Origin: Haliotis rufescens | Taxonomy: Eukaryota | Assembly: GCF_023055435.1 (NCBI RefSeq) | Contig: NW_025964372.1 | Span: 27,528,001-27,592,000 of the forward strand | DNA: 64,000 nt | Direction of reading: 5' to 3' | Shown here: positions 21,229 to 36,200 of the stretch, piece after piece | Layout: each line of letters begins with the position of its first letter | Numbering within the stretch: the first letter of the stretch is position 1 | The notes under the pieces: generated by a model | Database searches by the model: none | The model's input: only the letters and a program-made list of their open reading frames with translations | Told to the model about the DNA's origin: nothing | Position numbers and translations under genes: made by a program

Positions 21229-23560
21229 TGATCTGAAAATCACGGTACAAGAGCAATAACTCTGTAAAAAAATTACGGTACCAATTTTGACAAGTCTTGA
21301 CAAGAATCTTTTAGATAAGCATGTACACTTTCATTCATGTAACTGTTGTAAGAGAAAACATGTTACCATTTCACACAGCATGCACTAAGTTCAAAAGCAC
21401 GAAGCAAGGGCAATAATACCATTTACCAAACTCTTTTAAGATCATAACAAGTAAGGTGAGTGTGTTAAATTTCATTTGTCCAACTTCAATAGTCTATAAG
21501 AAAAATGTCCCCATTGTGAAGTGGGCATGCATACAAATGACACATATATTGTTCTTCGTGGCGGGGATAAAACATTATTAGTTTGTTGTAACTGAACCTT
21601 AGGGAACCTGCATTTAGGTATAAAACGTCATTGCCAGAGAATAACCAGTCATACGAAAGAGAAAGGCAAAATAGTGGTGAAAATATTTGACTGCATCGCT
21701 GAAAATCAGTGATGACGCCAGGCATTTGCGAAATGGGTTAGCATGTTCTACCCAAGACTTGTTAAGACGGAGGTGTAAGCCTCTCTTGACTACCGAAATA
21801 ATGGCCATTCCGAAACATCCTCAGTAATATCAACCTATCCTAATCTTTGCCTGATTCGAGCTTTAGCGCAGCTTTGAAAACAACAGGAGAGCTGCAATAG
21901 CACACCCATAATGAACTGAGAACCCTCCAAACTATAAGTCGATCAGGGTTGCTTGGTCGTTTGTTGTTTAATGCAGCCCTCAATAATATGCCACCTATAA
22001 ATTGAGTTCGGACAAGACAATCCAGTGAGTGACATTAGCACCAATCCATAGTTTGGAATATGACACTGGATCAACCATGGCCCCGATCATATCAATGAAT
22101 ATGATATATACTACTCAAGGCGAGTTAAAAGGGGATGTTTTTCATTTGACAGATTAAACAGATTTAATAACTTTTTGTGGGAGGTTTAGCACATAAAAGG
22201 CTGGAGTAGAGACACACCATTGGTCATATCCAACTTATCGGTAACTCATTTTGGACAAGTGGTTATTTTAACTCACTAGCTTTGGCGAAAAAACAAAAAG
22301 CCAGACTACATTTTCACTAGCTTCGGACTCACGGACAACTGGCCGTGCCTGTCCCTTAAAGGGTGGAATATGATTAAGTTGAAGTCAGTTCTCATTGGCA
22401 CAACTCAAATTGATTGTTCGATTTTGATAGGAAAGCGACATTTTGTCACTGGAGAAGAGGTCAATTAAATTGTTGAACCCTAAGTTAATTGTAGAGATAG
22501 GAGAGCAAAGTGATAGCAAATTAACTTGGTTGATGCATGTCATTATATCCCAGTTGCGTGGATCGATGCCCATGATTCAATCACTGGATTGTCTGGTCCA
22601 GACTCTATTATTCACAGACCGCCGTCATAAATTTAGCTGGACTATTGCTGAGTGCGGCGTTAAAAAAACAGCAACAATGGAATAGTGCTGACTGCTGTGT
22701 TAAGCAACAAACACACATTCGAAACCCATACCTGTCGAGTTGATCATACCAATGAGACCTGTGAAGATCCGGGGTAGAATAGGTCTTCACCATGCTTGCT
22801 GTAAAAGGCGACTATGCTTGTCGTAAAAGGCGACTAACGGGATCGGGTGGTCAGGCTCGCTGACTTGGTTGATGCATGTCATCGATCCCAATTGCGTGGA
22901 TCGATGCTCATGATATCAATCACTGGATTGTCTGGTCCAGACTCGATTATTTACAGACCACCATCATATAGCTGGAATATTGCTGAGTGCGGCGTTAAAC
23001 AACAAACCACCACCAAACCACCACACCTATGGTTGAAACAAATGATACCATGGGATGACACTGTTCCACTTCCTTTGTGGGAAGCTTTGTATCAGATATT
23101 AATCCTTTGCCAGGTTGACCCTTTTTTCTTTTCTTTTGTGAAAGGATCGGGGGAAAAGCTTGCCACAAATAAATAAATAATTTAAACTGATATTTATTTT
23201 CAAGTTAATAGAATTAGCAAAATGAAACTGATATGAAATATTAATTGGCCAAATACATTGTATATAGTCCCTGACCACTACAAAAACTTCATAATGAGTA
23301 AAAATCCTTCTCTAGCAGAAGTAAACATACATGTATATACATGTTACGGTTTAAATATCCTTAGGGATTCCGGATTGAATTGGTCCCTTGGGCCGTTGGC
23401 TAAATATCTAACATCATCATAAACCCTATAGCAACCTATAGCAGCTAAATAGATCGGGTGGTCAGACTCAGTGACTCGGTCAGTGTCGTGTCTTTGTCGT
23501 GCTGAGACGGCGTGGATCGTTGCTCAAAATACCAATCACTGGATTGTCTGGTCTAGATTC

Positions 23561-23715
23561 GATTATTTACAGGCTGCCATCATATAGGTGGAACACTGAT
23601 GAGTGTGGCTTTAGGCAACAGACACAACAATAATAATCAAACACCCTGCATCTGTTTCCACTAAATCGAGCGACTACATTACTTAATGTGTGCAACATCT
23701 TACAAGGCAATAAGT
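23561..23715. repeat. 155-bp local tandem duplication holding the empty LTR-element target site (also 44908-45062)
   Basis: ggcaacagaCACAacaataat...caataagtga joins the left and right proviral flanks with a single CACA (23623-23626). Confidence 0.9.
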
Positions 23716-24626
23716 GATTATTTACAGGCTTCCATCGTATAGGTGGAACATTGATGAGTGTGGCTTTAGGCAACAGACACATGTAACACAACACAAGAAG
23801 GCGGTTTGAGGATTACGTAGTTTTAATCACAATGGCATATGTACAAGTCAAAGGAAGTGTGCCGTCCTTCCTTCCTCCCTCTAGATACTCACCTGTACCT
23901 TCGGGTGCTGAGACCAAGTCTGCCGGTATTTGGAAGTCGCCCGGTAAATATATAGTAATGATGGAATGCGAAGCATTTTGTTTTGCACAGGTACTAAAAT
24001 TTGGTGTGGTCAACTTGAGATTAAATTGACCATCAAGTGGTGTCCATGACGAGGCACTTAAAATTGTTCCCCTTAAGGTGACATGAAACCACCACTCACT
24101 GGTCCACTTGATATGTACTTGACATATCCACGGGGTCAGTCGTATTTGGCAAACACTGATAGTGTTACATTAGTCGTATTTGGCAAACACTGATAGTGTT
24201 ACATCCGCCCCTTTCTACTTGGAAATATTGTTGATATTTCCAGGCCTCATAAGTCGATCTTAAAAATACACACAGTTCCATATATATATATACAAAAAAA
24301 AGAGTGTAAATATTTTACAACGATCATGCTGTCCGTGACCGGACTTAATCGCTTTTAAAATGTCACTTCGTCACAATCTTGGCCCTCGACCGGCTACAGA
24401 CACACCATTATGGTCATCTGTGATCGTCAGTTCTGCGTCGTGTTCTTCTTTTCAATATATGTATTATGTTCAACTATTGTTAGTCACGATATGGCTGAAA
24501 TATTGCCGATGTGACTTAAAATTTAACTCACTCACTCACTCTTCTTTTCAACTTAGTTCAACTTTATGGTCGTCACCACAAGTTCCAATATGGCCGCCGT
24601 CCATCTTCGTCACCAGCCTGTTCATC

Positions 24627-26357
24627 TTAGTTCATGCAGCAACAATATCGCAACACTGTACTGTTTAGTAGTGGGCATCCAGGCCAGGGTACAGGCGTCG
24701 TATGGATGACGTTGTTGGAGGCGCCGAAGTCTGATCCCCCGTCATCAGTGGTGCAGGTCGCTAAGCCGCTCCTGGAGTCGGTACTCGCGACCTGGATCAC
24801 ATCAGATCCCATCAACTCGAATTCGGGTGTTTCCCGGGTGTGCTTTCCCCAAGTGAGCATTTTGGATAGCCAAAATTTTCTATATCTTAAAACCATTATC
24901 AATATTATTATGACTAGTAACATGATACCCCCAACTAACCACTTTTTCCAGTTAATTTTCTTATCCCAACTAATTTCAGTGTTTACACTATGTAATTCAT
25001 CAATTAAATGACTCATGGATACCGTATCTATATTCTGGAGGTGGCTTGGAACTTTCGATATCGTCACATTTCTTAATTTTTCCTTAAAGGGTTTCCATAA
25101 CAGCATATCTAAAACGTTTGGCATATGAGGTAGCTGAGCCCAGATCTCATTTAATTCAAACCTGCTTTCATTACGATAAAATGGTAGTAATGTCAAATGA
25201 TTGTTTGAAGCTGTACAAGAGACGTTTACTCGTAACATACCTATTGGTGGGTAAATAGTTATTATCTGTGGATATACTTTTTAACATACTATAGTAAAGT
25301 CTAGTTGTTCAGCGGTCGCAATGACCCATTGGCCTTCCCAAATATTATCTGCCCTAGGCAGTATCATGTGCATGGTAACTTCCCGTTTACACAAGCTCTT
25401 GACTTTATCTAAATCTTTCATGAAGAGCGCGATCATGAACATCTGACTAAGATTTAGGGGATAAGTCGGGCTGCTTATCATGCGTGATTCTAATTTATAT
25501 GTGGCAACCATGCCAGCTACTTTAGTAAATTCATGCGTTTTATCTGAGAGGAGAGGTAGTGGTAAATTATGAATTTTATAAATTTCGTATTGCCCATTAT
25601 AATCTAATAGTGGAAGTGATATTATTATCAAAATCTTTTCCTCATAAACTAAGGTCGAGCATGTTAATGTTCGATAATAATTCCATAATTCCTTTTTCTG
25701 GATAATTGTTAGTAGCCCATTCAAGTTTATCTATACGCCCCGCAAGAATTCGGGAGATGTTTGCTACATTTACCTCTACTTCCTTGAGATTATCAATAAC
25801 TGCATTAATTGTTTGTCGGTTCTTCTGAACTTGAATCCTTGTTACATTCAAAATAGTGAGTTCTTCATGAACTACATGCGATATGGTTTCTTGGTTCTTA
25901 GCAATTTTGTTGATATTGTTTTTGATTGAATTTAAATCAGACTCGGATACTGTTCCAAATAGATAACTTAAAGCATCGCCAATAAATGGGATTAATGATC
26001 GCTTTGGTCTTATCAACTTCCTGTATTCTAGAAAACTAACTTCTAGCGAACTTAGTGTATTATTTAGACCCGTAATTTCCTTGTCTAACCTGTAGAAGGT
26101 TCCTTCTACTTTGTTAACATCAGTGCTGCTATGGTAGCGACTCATCAGTCTACGCAAAACTAATGCAACTTCTTCGATATCCTTCCTACATCTTTGAATA
26201 TAGTCAATATAAGGTTTCATGTCTATTACTAGTGCTACAAGCCATTTTGAACAAGTTGTAGAAATATCATTGACCTTTTGAAAAAACACGTTTTCAGAAA
26301 CTAATAGACTAATAAACCACCAAAACACAACACTGTTAATATGGTAAACACACCCAT
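24627..26357 (-). pseudogene. env: env, F-type fusion protein, disrupted, copy 2
   Basis: As copy 1, minus 66 codons. Confidence 0.87.
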
Positions 26358-26524
26358 TTCCTGCAAATATACAGAATAAAAAAACTATATAAAACTGTGA
26401 CTAACCAAGACTACATACAACTATAATCATCAGTTGTACTCAAACATGAATACCATATATGCTCAATACCATATATACAAAACAAACAAGATATGCATGC
26501 AGTGCCCGATTATACTACGAAGCC

Positions 26525-29500
26525 TTATAGTAACCCGGCTACTGCCTCAAACAACTTCTTAACCTTATCATCAGGGGTTAATTGACGTGTCTCTTTAACT
26601 TCATTTACGGATACATTATCATTATCTGATGATTCACTTGATCCGTTGTCCTCCGTCGAATTGTCAATAGAGTCACGTCGCCTAGCACTCAAGCGTTTGG
26701 CAAGTTGGGCTAACGGAACGTCATTCTCTGAGTCTGAGTCTGAACGTTCCTGTCTATACCGCTTTGTGATCCTTGACATGGGATCCTTTGATCCTTGTAC
26801 CTCCTCGTCCGAGGTTGATTCTGAGGATAGTGATATAACATAATGTTGTTTTCTTCGAGGTCTACCTTCTGTGTCCTTGGGAATTTCCCAATCATCTAGA
26901 TTAGCAATCCTAAGATGTTCTGCATGAGCTCGTGTAGTTGATCCATCAAGCTGATTTCGTATGATGTAAGTTACTGGCGATGTTTGTTCAATAACCCTGT
27001 AGAACGGCTTCCACCTGTTCTGTAGCTTACTCTTCCTTTGATGAAATCTATAGTAGACAGGGTCGCCAACCTTGATTTTGTTTACTGCTCCTGTCGGCAT
27101 ATCGGGCCTGTCTTTCTTTGCTTTCTTCATGTTCTTGTGTACTAGAACGAATGCCTTGTGCTGCTGTTGCAGTGCTGTTTTATGTTCTTCGTCACCTGCA
27201 TACTTACGTCTCGGTCGTAGCAGGTTGTCAACAGGAAGAACGACGTCACGATTGTACAACAAGAAGTATGGCGAAAACTTGGATGATTCACAGATGTAGA
27301 AACGAATTGCAGCCAAGGTTTGATTTAGGTATAAGTCCCATGTTGTTACGTTGTCATTCAGCTTTTTCGCAAGGACATCATGTAATGTACGATGAAATCG
27401 CTCAACTCTTGCATTGGACTGGGGGTGATAAAATGACGTCCTGACGTGGTTGATCCCTAATGCTGACAATGTTTCACTGACAACCTTGTTAATATTCTCT
27501 GTCCCGTTATCTGTGACAATCTGTAGTGGACAGCCAAACCTCGGGAATATCTCCTCTAGTATCAGATGGGCAACTGTCTCTGCTGATTTATCAGGTACTG
27601 CAAACGCCTCAGGCCAACCGCTGAAGTGGTCAACGAAGCCGATGATATATTTATTCCCAGATAATGTTGTCGGATAGGGTCCTGAGAGATCCATACTTAC
27701 CTTCGCAAATGGGTAGGGCGGAATCTCAGTTTCCTGCAAAGCTGGTTTCTGGGCCTTCATGGTTCTAGATTGACAAGTGATACATTTGCCGATACACTCA
27801 GTTATCTCCCTGTAGAGGTTGGGCCAATAATATTTCAGTTTTATTGCCTCAAATGTCTTGTCAATCCCCATGTATCCGTTTGCATCATGATATTGCGTGA
27901 CCACGATCTGTTTGAACTTTTCGGGTACATATAACCTGGGCGATGGATCATCCTCAATTGCACTGACATAGTACAATAGATCATTTATGACTAAGTACCT
28001 TTTTAAGTGTGACTTGTCACCGTGACCTTTTTCCAGTTGTTCTTTGATGCTCGTGATGTTTTCATCCCTATCCTGCTCTTTCTGCATGTCTATATCCATT
28101 TCCATTCTGCGTGGCAATGAAGATGCCTCGGGAATTGGCAAATCGCAGCTAGCAAAATCCTTAGGGTTGAATTTGGTGGGGTTCAATGCCTCAATCCTCA
28201 GACTGTTGTCGGGTCGATCAATCTCAATGTCTTCCTCATTAGGCCCGCAGCCGTTATCTGTGTTTGATTTGCCCCGAGATAGTAGATCTGCACAAGTGTT
28301 GTTCTTTCCTGCCATATACCCGATCTTACAGGTATAGCCCGCGATTCCCAGTGCCCATAGTTTTTCTACCTGTTCACCCTCACTTTCATGTGTCTGAACC
28401 AGACACGCCCCTATACAGCTGTTACTGGCGTCCGTGTACAGAGTGTATGGCCTATTCGGGTCGGGATAGGTCAGTAATGGTACAACCGTCAGACTGTCTT
28501 TCAAGAAATCAAAAGACTTTTGACATTCTTCAGACCACGAGAATCTCGCAAATCTCTTGGTAAGTTTTACCATGGGTTCAGCAATATTTGAGAAATTGGG
28601 GATAAATCGGCGGTAATAACTGCACATCCCTATGAACCCTCGTACTTCTTTTACTGACCTTGGGGCTTCCATTGACCTAATGGCCTCTACCTTTTGGTTG
28701 TCAGGTTTTATTCCATCTTGATTGATGACAAAACCTAAGTACTGAGTTTCCTCCTTGGCAAAGCTACATTTTGACAACTTGAGTTTTAGTGAATGTTGGC
28801 GGAGTCGTTCATAAACTGTCTCGATATGAAGTAAATGTTGTTCTTCCGACTTTGAGAATATCAAAATATCGTCTAGGTAGGCTATTGCAAATGCATCGAG
28901 ACCCTGTAAAACTTCATTCATAAGTTCCATAAAAACTGCTGGAGCATTACAAAGTCCAAAAGGCATCACGTTAAATTCAAAAAGACCTCTATGACAAGCA
29001 AAAGCAGTTTTTTCTTTATCTTCATCATCCATTTGAGGGGTAAAGTCGTTGAAATAGGACGGCTAATTTTGTTCAAAACCCTAAAGTCTACACAAAAACG
29101 CTTCGATCCCTATTTTTTGTCAACGTCGACAATGGGGAAACTCCATGGTGACCTAGAACGTCGAATGATCTGAGCATCTAACATGTCATCGATCGCCTTA
29201 TCTACAACTTTGCGTTTGTTAAGAGGAGTTCGATATGGCTTCATCTTGATCGGAACATTGTCACCTGTGTCTATCTTCATACGTACAGTTTCTGTCTGCC
29301 CTAAGTCTAAATCACTCTTTGCAAATAAACCCTTGTTTTGAGACACTAAATCAGTTAACCTTGATTTCAAATTAACTGGAGCGTCAATGTCAACATTGAG
29401 ATCACAGGATATGTCCCTATCAGCTAATTCATCGCTACGCTCCTTAGCGTCCCTAGTACGCAACCTCTCTTCAACCTAAATGTACGGTTGGTATTGTTGA

Positions 29501-30278
29501 CTAGCAGTAATGGGACATTCCTATGTTTGTCAATCTTAACAATAGAATTTCCTATGAGTAGACCTGGTTCATTTGCTGGGTAACTCTTTTCAATTGTGGA
29601 GATTTCATACGTGCTTGATGTTTCAAAATATGGTCTATTTTTAATCTTTGCCCTTAAGATATTTCTACACTGAGGTTTTACTGTTGTATCCGCTGCTAAC
29701 CTGACTAGAGAAGATATATGGATATCTTCCTCTAGCGGTACATAAGTTTTCCCTACTGTTAAGCTACCCAAGTCGAAATACACCCTAACACCTGCCTGTG
29801 TCAACCAATCGTGTCCTAATATAAGATTTCTGTTCATGTTTCCTACAACATAGAAGGTATAGGAAAGATTGACGCCTCTCATCCTAAAGTGAACTTTCAC
29901 ATTCCCATCTACCTGTAACGAATTCCCATTAACCCCTTGTAAAGCGACTTTCTTTTTGTTTAACGGAAATCTATCTTTTATTGAATCGTACACCCTACGA
30001 TGCATTATCGACACTTCAGCGCCAGAATCAATTAAACACCTCCATTGTTTTTTTCCTATTTTGATACTACACGAATTTGGTCTCCCCACTTCATTTATTG
30101 AATGTACTGGGCCATTTGTCGCCTTCTCTCCCTCATCGGCTTCTGGGCCATTTGTCGCCTTCTCTCCCTCATCGGCTTCTGGGCCATTTGTCGCCTTCTC
30201 TCCCTCATCGGCTTCTGGGCCATTTGTCGCCTTCTCTCCCTCATCGGCTTCTTTATGAGGAAGAGAATTTAGTTTCCC
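26525..30278 (-). pseudogene. pol: pol, disrupted, copy 2 (835-aa ORF 26525-29032)
   Basis: As copy 1. Confidence 0.95.
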
Positions 30279-31228
30279 TGGTTTTGTTTTCTTGGTGGTC
30301 TGTTTGGACAATTTCGTTTAAAGTGGCCCGATTGATTGCATAGCCAATATACCCTGATCTCTTGCTCTCTCTCATTAACCGCATAAACACGTTTTGATCT
30401 GCAATCCTAAGCCCGGTGACCTGGCTTCCCGCATGAGAAACAATTACGATGCTGTCTAGCATGATCAACGTCCATAGGCACTTCTCGCCTCCCGCTATTC
30501 GAATCGTGCCCTCTACTATTAAAATCATGCCCTCGGCTACTCGGTTTTCCCAACCTGAGTTCGAATCTAGCCCTAATGTTTTGTTCACGCGTGGCCGAGG
30601 CCACTGCTTCTTTGAGGGATGTGGGGTTTTCCCTCATAAGTTTTTTTCTGCATGTACTCATGACTCAAGCCATCTATGAAAAAACCTATCAATTGTCTTT
30701 GGATGGCGGGATTATCTTCACCGTCCTGCCCTAATCCTTCATAAGCCTCTTCGGCCAAGTTTAGTAGTCTTTCAGCATAAATCTGAACACCCTCACTATG
30801 TTTTTGTTTGACCGCCCTTAAAAACATAAATGCGTGTTGTGGGTCGCTTATTTCAGCAAACCTGCTCGTTAGCTCTGCCCTTAACTCCTTCCATGTTTTG
30901 GCAGGATTATCATCCATATAGCATTGCACGAAGTCGCTTACAGCGCCATCACAACTCTGAAAAGCAATTAGCTTTTTACTGGCGTCTTGATTTGCGCCAG
31001 TTAGCAATGCATACTTTTCTACAGATTTGATCCATTTTTTTAAATCTTTCGGGTTCCCCACAAATGTTTTATAGCTTGATTCACGCCCTGTGCGCTTAGC
31101 GTTGTATTTACAGCAGCTAGCCTCCCGTTTATTTCATTTCCCTGTGCCCCTAATGTTGAAGTTACTGTTGATAACTGCCCCGTTATTTCTCCCGCTAACC
31201 CTTGTAAGAATTGTGCATATTCTGCCAT
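30269..31228 (-). pseudogene. gag: gag, disrupted, copy 2
   Basis: As copy 1. Confidence 0.9.
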
Positions 31229-33205
31229 TTTGCTCACTTAAGTACTTGCAAAAACCCAAAGAATCACCTTTTTGCGAGTCCCGGGACCAATTCCCTCGAT
31301 CCTAGTCGTTTCCTGGGATCCCTCTCCTTCTCTCCTTAAGGTGATCCTGGTCTCGGCACCAGTTTACGTAACCCCGCCCCTTCTTGTAACACAACACAAG
31401 AAGGCGGTTTGAGGATTACGTAGTTTTAATCACAATGGCATATGTACAAGTCAAAGGAAGTGTGGCGTCCTTCCTTCCTCCCTCTAGATACTCGCCTGTA
31501 CTTTAGGGTGCTGAGACCAAGTCTGCCGGTATTTGGAAGTCGCCCGGTATATATAGTAATGATGGAATGCGAAGCATTTTGTTTTGCACAGGTACTAAAA
31601 TTTGGTGTGGTCAACTTGAGATTAAATTGTCCATCAAGTGGTGTCCATGACGAGGCACTTAAAAATGTTCCCCTTAAGGTGACATGAAACCACCACTCAC
31701 TGGTCCACTTGATATGTACTTGACATATCCATGGGGTCTTCACGGGGTCAGTCGTATTTGGCAAACACTGATAGTGTTACATCAGTCGTATCTGGCAAAC
31801 ACTGATAGTGTTATGATATGTACTTGACATATCCACGGTGTCAGTCGTATCTGGCAAACACTGATAGTGTTACACACAACAATAATTACGTTGAAATATC
31901 AAACAACCTGCAGCTGTTTCCACTAAATCGAGCGACTACATTACTTAATGTGTGCAACATCTTACAAGGCAATAAGTGAACAGAGCTCACAATAATACTC
32001 CCACATTGAACATATTTCTAAGTTCGTGAACCGTAAAAACGAAGAGGATTGATATAATCCTATGACGATTTTGCATTTAGATTGGTTGTGTAGAACAGCG
32101 TGGTCCCACAGTCATTGAATTGATTAAAAAGATAAAGGATATTTGGATAATGTTGCCAAATAAGATGTTGATCTCATCGGCGCCATAATGGGTGAGGTTA
32201 TTTCATCAAACGTCTGAATTTCCTGGTCAAAAGGCGTCGAAACTGTTTTTTTATAAATTAAACTGTGTTTCATACTTATGTTGAAGTACACAATGGCTGA
32301 ATATACAGTGCCAGGTAAATAAATATGTACAAAGGACATAAATATAAAACACCCCTCTATGATTAATTAGCAGGGGTACAGATAAGTTGATGTTTTGAGA
32401 CATTTTTGTAATGTTATTTAAATTTTTCTGAATATATAATTTATTTTTAATTTGAAAGAATATAGGTAATAAAAGCGAAAAAACACTTTACATTTTAGTA
32501 AGACATGTCCATTGTAAGATTACGACTCTATCGTGAGGATGTGAAGAATCTCCAAAAAATATCCTAATACCATTTTTCTGTAGAAAAAATAGTGCTCTAT
32601 TCTTCTTCACAAATACGGCTTATAAAACGATTAAACAAACATTCAAGAAATATTCATTCGGTTATGATAAATACCCTGAGTATCCTTCCTCAAAGCAAAG
32701 TTAGCGCATATATAGTTACGTCCTTTGATCCATGTAATCTTTTAAATTTTAGTGCATATTGTCTGCAATGGGGAAAGTAAAATCAGATATTCTCATGACA
32801 CCAAACCACCCTAGTGCCTGTCTCTTCTAAGGGAGATTTATTTGCTTGTTGCTTATCGCTGCTCTCAACACTGTTCCTTTTGTAATGGAGGATTGGTATA
32901 CAGCCATATAGTACTTTGTATCTGAAGTCCGTTCAGCATCATTCGAACAATGTGAACTTTATTATCAAATTGTATCACATATGTCATGTGACTGACACCA
33001 ATCAGAATGAACACCTGTTTAATTAAACTTAATTAAACGTAGTTAATAGCTTAATTTCTGCACCGTAAATCATATCAAACTGTCAGGTAAATAGAAATTA
33101 CACATGGCCCACTGTGGTTAATTCTGCCTCGTCGAGATGATTAAAATCTTTGGTATAAATATAGAGACACCAACCCTATCTGACAAATCATCCCGATTGT
33201 CTACA

Positions 33206-36200
33206 ATGCTGCTCATCTCTCTGTTCGTGGTTGTGTTGGGGGTTGCTGAGACACATGGTAAGTATTTCAACCGAATTTTCTACCATAATTTTCCAACTCT
33301 TATTAGGAATAGTTCGGTGTTGACATGAAACTGCAGGTTAAGTCATAATTGTGTATCCCAGTTATACATATATTATATACAGGTAGAGACGGATCATGCT
33401 AAAAGTTGCTTTGCTCGGACAAATACACGATGTTTATGTTCATGATCATGTATGAAAGGTTACTTTAGAACTATATACTCGCCAACAGGCATATAACCAT
33501 GCATATACATACGTATGTATCAGTTTTACTGTGTAGCTAGAATGTGTGTAAACTGTCGGGCACAAGACTTGTTTGATGGTTTGATGGTGACTAAACATGC
33601 TGTAATTGATATGGGTATCATAGTTGTGTTTCGGATCTCAAGTAATGTTTCGGATCTACATATATAATTTTAAGGTATGACTAAGATACCACAAGCATGG
33701 TATAAGAACACTGTATACGTTTCCCCAGAATCCAGGGTCGCAGATAATGCAGGGTTTTGCAACATTGGCGCTAATGGAGTTTTAACCATTGAGGCCACCC
33801 TTGCTCTGTGTTTGAAGGTATAGAGGAAAATATAGGTTTTTAGCTTTGGGATTTAATTTACCTACAGCTGTGATTGTTTGTCCCCAGGTGCTATGATCCC
33901 TGTCCTTGGGTCACAGGTCACTTCCTCCTCAGTCTTCACCTTCGGCTCCACGAACTTTGTTCCACAGTTTGCCGTTGACGGCGGATTTGGCACCGACTTC
34001 ATCGCTGACAACACTACGTTTGCAACGGCTGTTGGAGACACAATGCCCTACATGGACATTGATCTGGGCAGCAACTTCCTTCTCGTCTCCGTCACCATCA
34101 CCAACAGGGGTGACTGCTGTGGTAAGTAGAGTGAGATGGTTAGGTGTATTTATTTCTTTTAAAGACAGATAAATAGAATTACATACTGTCAAATGATCTG
34201 ATTGTCCACAGATTCGTCCTCACATCATGAAACCCATATCGCCACTTTTTGGGCATTTCATCGATGTTTTGAGCTTGAAAGTAGTTCTTGCTCGATGACC
34301 TTATTTGAATATTTATTGGGTCAAATACTGAACAACAAAAGTTTTTTATCTAATCTGAAACAATTTCAGTTTGCAACAGACTCCTGTAAGTGTTCAAATG
34401 GTTTAATTTGCCATACTGACTTCAGAAAATGCGTGATTTCATAAAAATAACATGAACATGCCAAAATGTCAGTTTACAAATCAATAGCATGTGTGTCCAC
34501 CTCTGGTTGCAAAGCAAGCAACACATCTTCGTCACATGGAATGGACCAGGCGTCGCACATAGTCCTGTGGGATATCTGTCCATAACTGCTGGAGCATGTT
34601 TCGAAGTTCCTGGAGTGTCTGTGGAACACGTGGTTGACGTCGAAGGCGCCGATCCATCTCATCCCACATGTGCTCGATTGGTGAGAGATCAGGGGAGCGA
34701 GCCGGCCAGGGGATGACATTCACGTTGTTTTAAATCCTGAACAAGCCGAGCAATATGAGGCCGGGCGTTGTCATGTTGAAAGGTAATGCCTGGACCATGA
34801 TGACGCAAAAACGGTAGAACAAAAGGGCCGATGATCTCGTCGAGGTAGCGTTTTCCATTGAGATTTCCCTCTACCACTATCAAACGGGTCCTCTGTCTTG
34901 CTGTCATCCCACCCCATACCACAACGCTGCCGTTCCCGAACCGATCTTCTTCCATGCCACAATGATTAACGTAACGTTCACCTCGACGTCCGTCAATCGC
35001 TTAGGCTGAGGTGAAAACGAGAATCTTCAATGAATAGAACTTGTCCCCACTGCATGGCCGTCCAGCGTAGACGCTGTCTGCACCACTGTAGACATGCTTT
35101 ACAGTGGATTTCTGTCAAAATTGGACGCCTGGCGGGTCTTCTGGCGACAATCCCTGCACATCCAGTTGTCTTGTCGATTATTAGTTACGCGTGACTGCCA
35201 CTCCGAGGACGGTCTCTGACTGCATTCGTCTGTAGGCAACGTTACCATAAACACCAAATGTTGTTTCTGTGGACGTTAAATTGTCTTGCAACATCACTTT
35301 GACTCGATCCTGCTTCAAGCATACCAATGGCTCGCAGACGCTCATTTTCGGGCAGGCGTGGCATTTCGTAATGTTGAATAATTGCGTAATTTTGTTGTTT
35401 TTCTGAGTGGTTGTTTTCAGCACGATGCTAAACAATGCATATGGAATCCCGTTAACGCACGTGTTTTTATACCTATTCTTCGGAAGTGAAATGCATGGGA
35501 CTTGCATAAAAGTCATCTTTTGCTTGGAATGCATGCTTTTCTGGAGCAGTTGCGTTTTTGTGACTTGATTCCATACATGTACTACAATAGTGAAACCAAA
35601 CTTTACTTGTTTGAAATATACACTAAAATATTGGTGTCACAGGAACTTTTGTTTTTGAGTATAGTAACAAGTTGATTGGATTGCTTTTTCACATCAATAA
35701 CACTATGATATTTATCACATATTACCTAAATAAATAGAACGGTGTCACGTTTAACTTTCTCTATCGTTCTCAATGCTGTTCTTTGCTACCACCAAAGCAG
35801 TCTATTCAGATTAAGGCGTGTTGGTTGACTTATTCTGCCCTTGGTAAACAGTAAGGTAGACTCGGGATGATTATCGTGGTCCCTCATAGCTGTAGATTTC
35901 TTTTACATCAGAAACATGTACAGAACTGAGATCATACAAAGCATATATATCTTCAAGAACATTCTATGGAGAGCGTAGACCTAGAATTACAACACATTCC
36001 TGCTGAACTTGATATCAGTCATCAACGCTCCAGTTCCCAAGTCACAGTATGTCCACAGGACCCTGTGTTAAACTGTGTAACCTGGCAGATTGTATGGTAT
36101 GGTGTCATGCCCCGACGGCGTGGATATTTGGACCAAGTGTTCCTGACTTATACTATTTGAGGCTACCACGATATTGCTGCATAAGATATCATCATCATCA

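Larger units (their letters stand above)
1..21372. repeat. Tandem segmental duplication, unit 1 (~21.35 kb; phase set by the window start)
   Basis: Sequence at 1 (acacagcatgcactaag) recurs at 21373 and 42720; the whole ORF set repeats with offsets 21372/21527/21329/21347. Confidence 0.97.
23782..31874 (-). mobile_element. Ty3/Gypsy env-bearing LTR retrotransposon, copy 2 (LTRs 23782-24203 and 31385-31874)
   Basis: Same structure, TSD and lesions as copy 1, plus a 198-bp env deletion. Confidence 0.96.
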
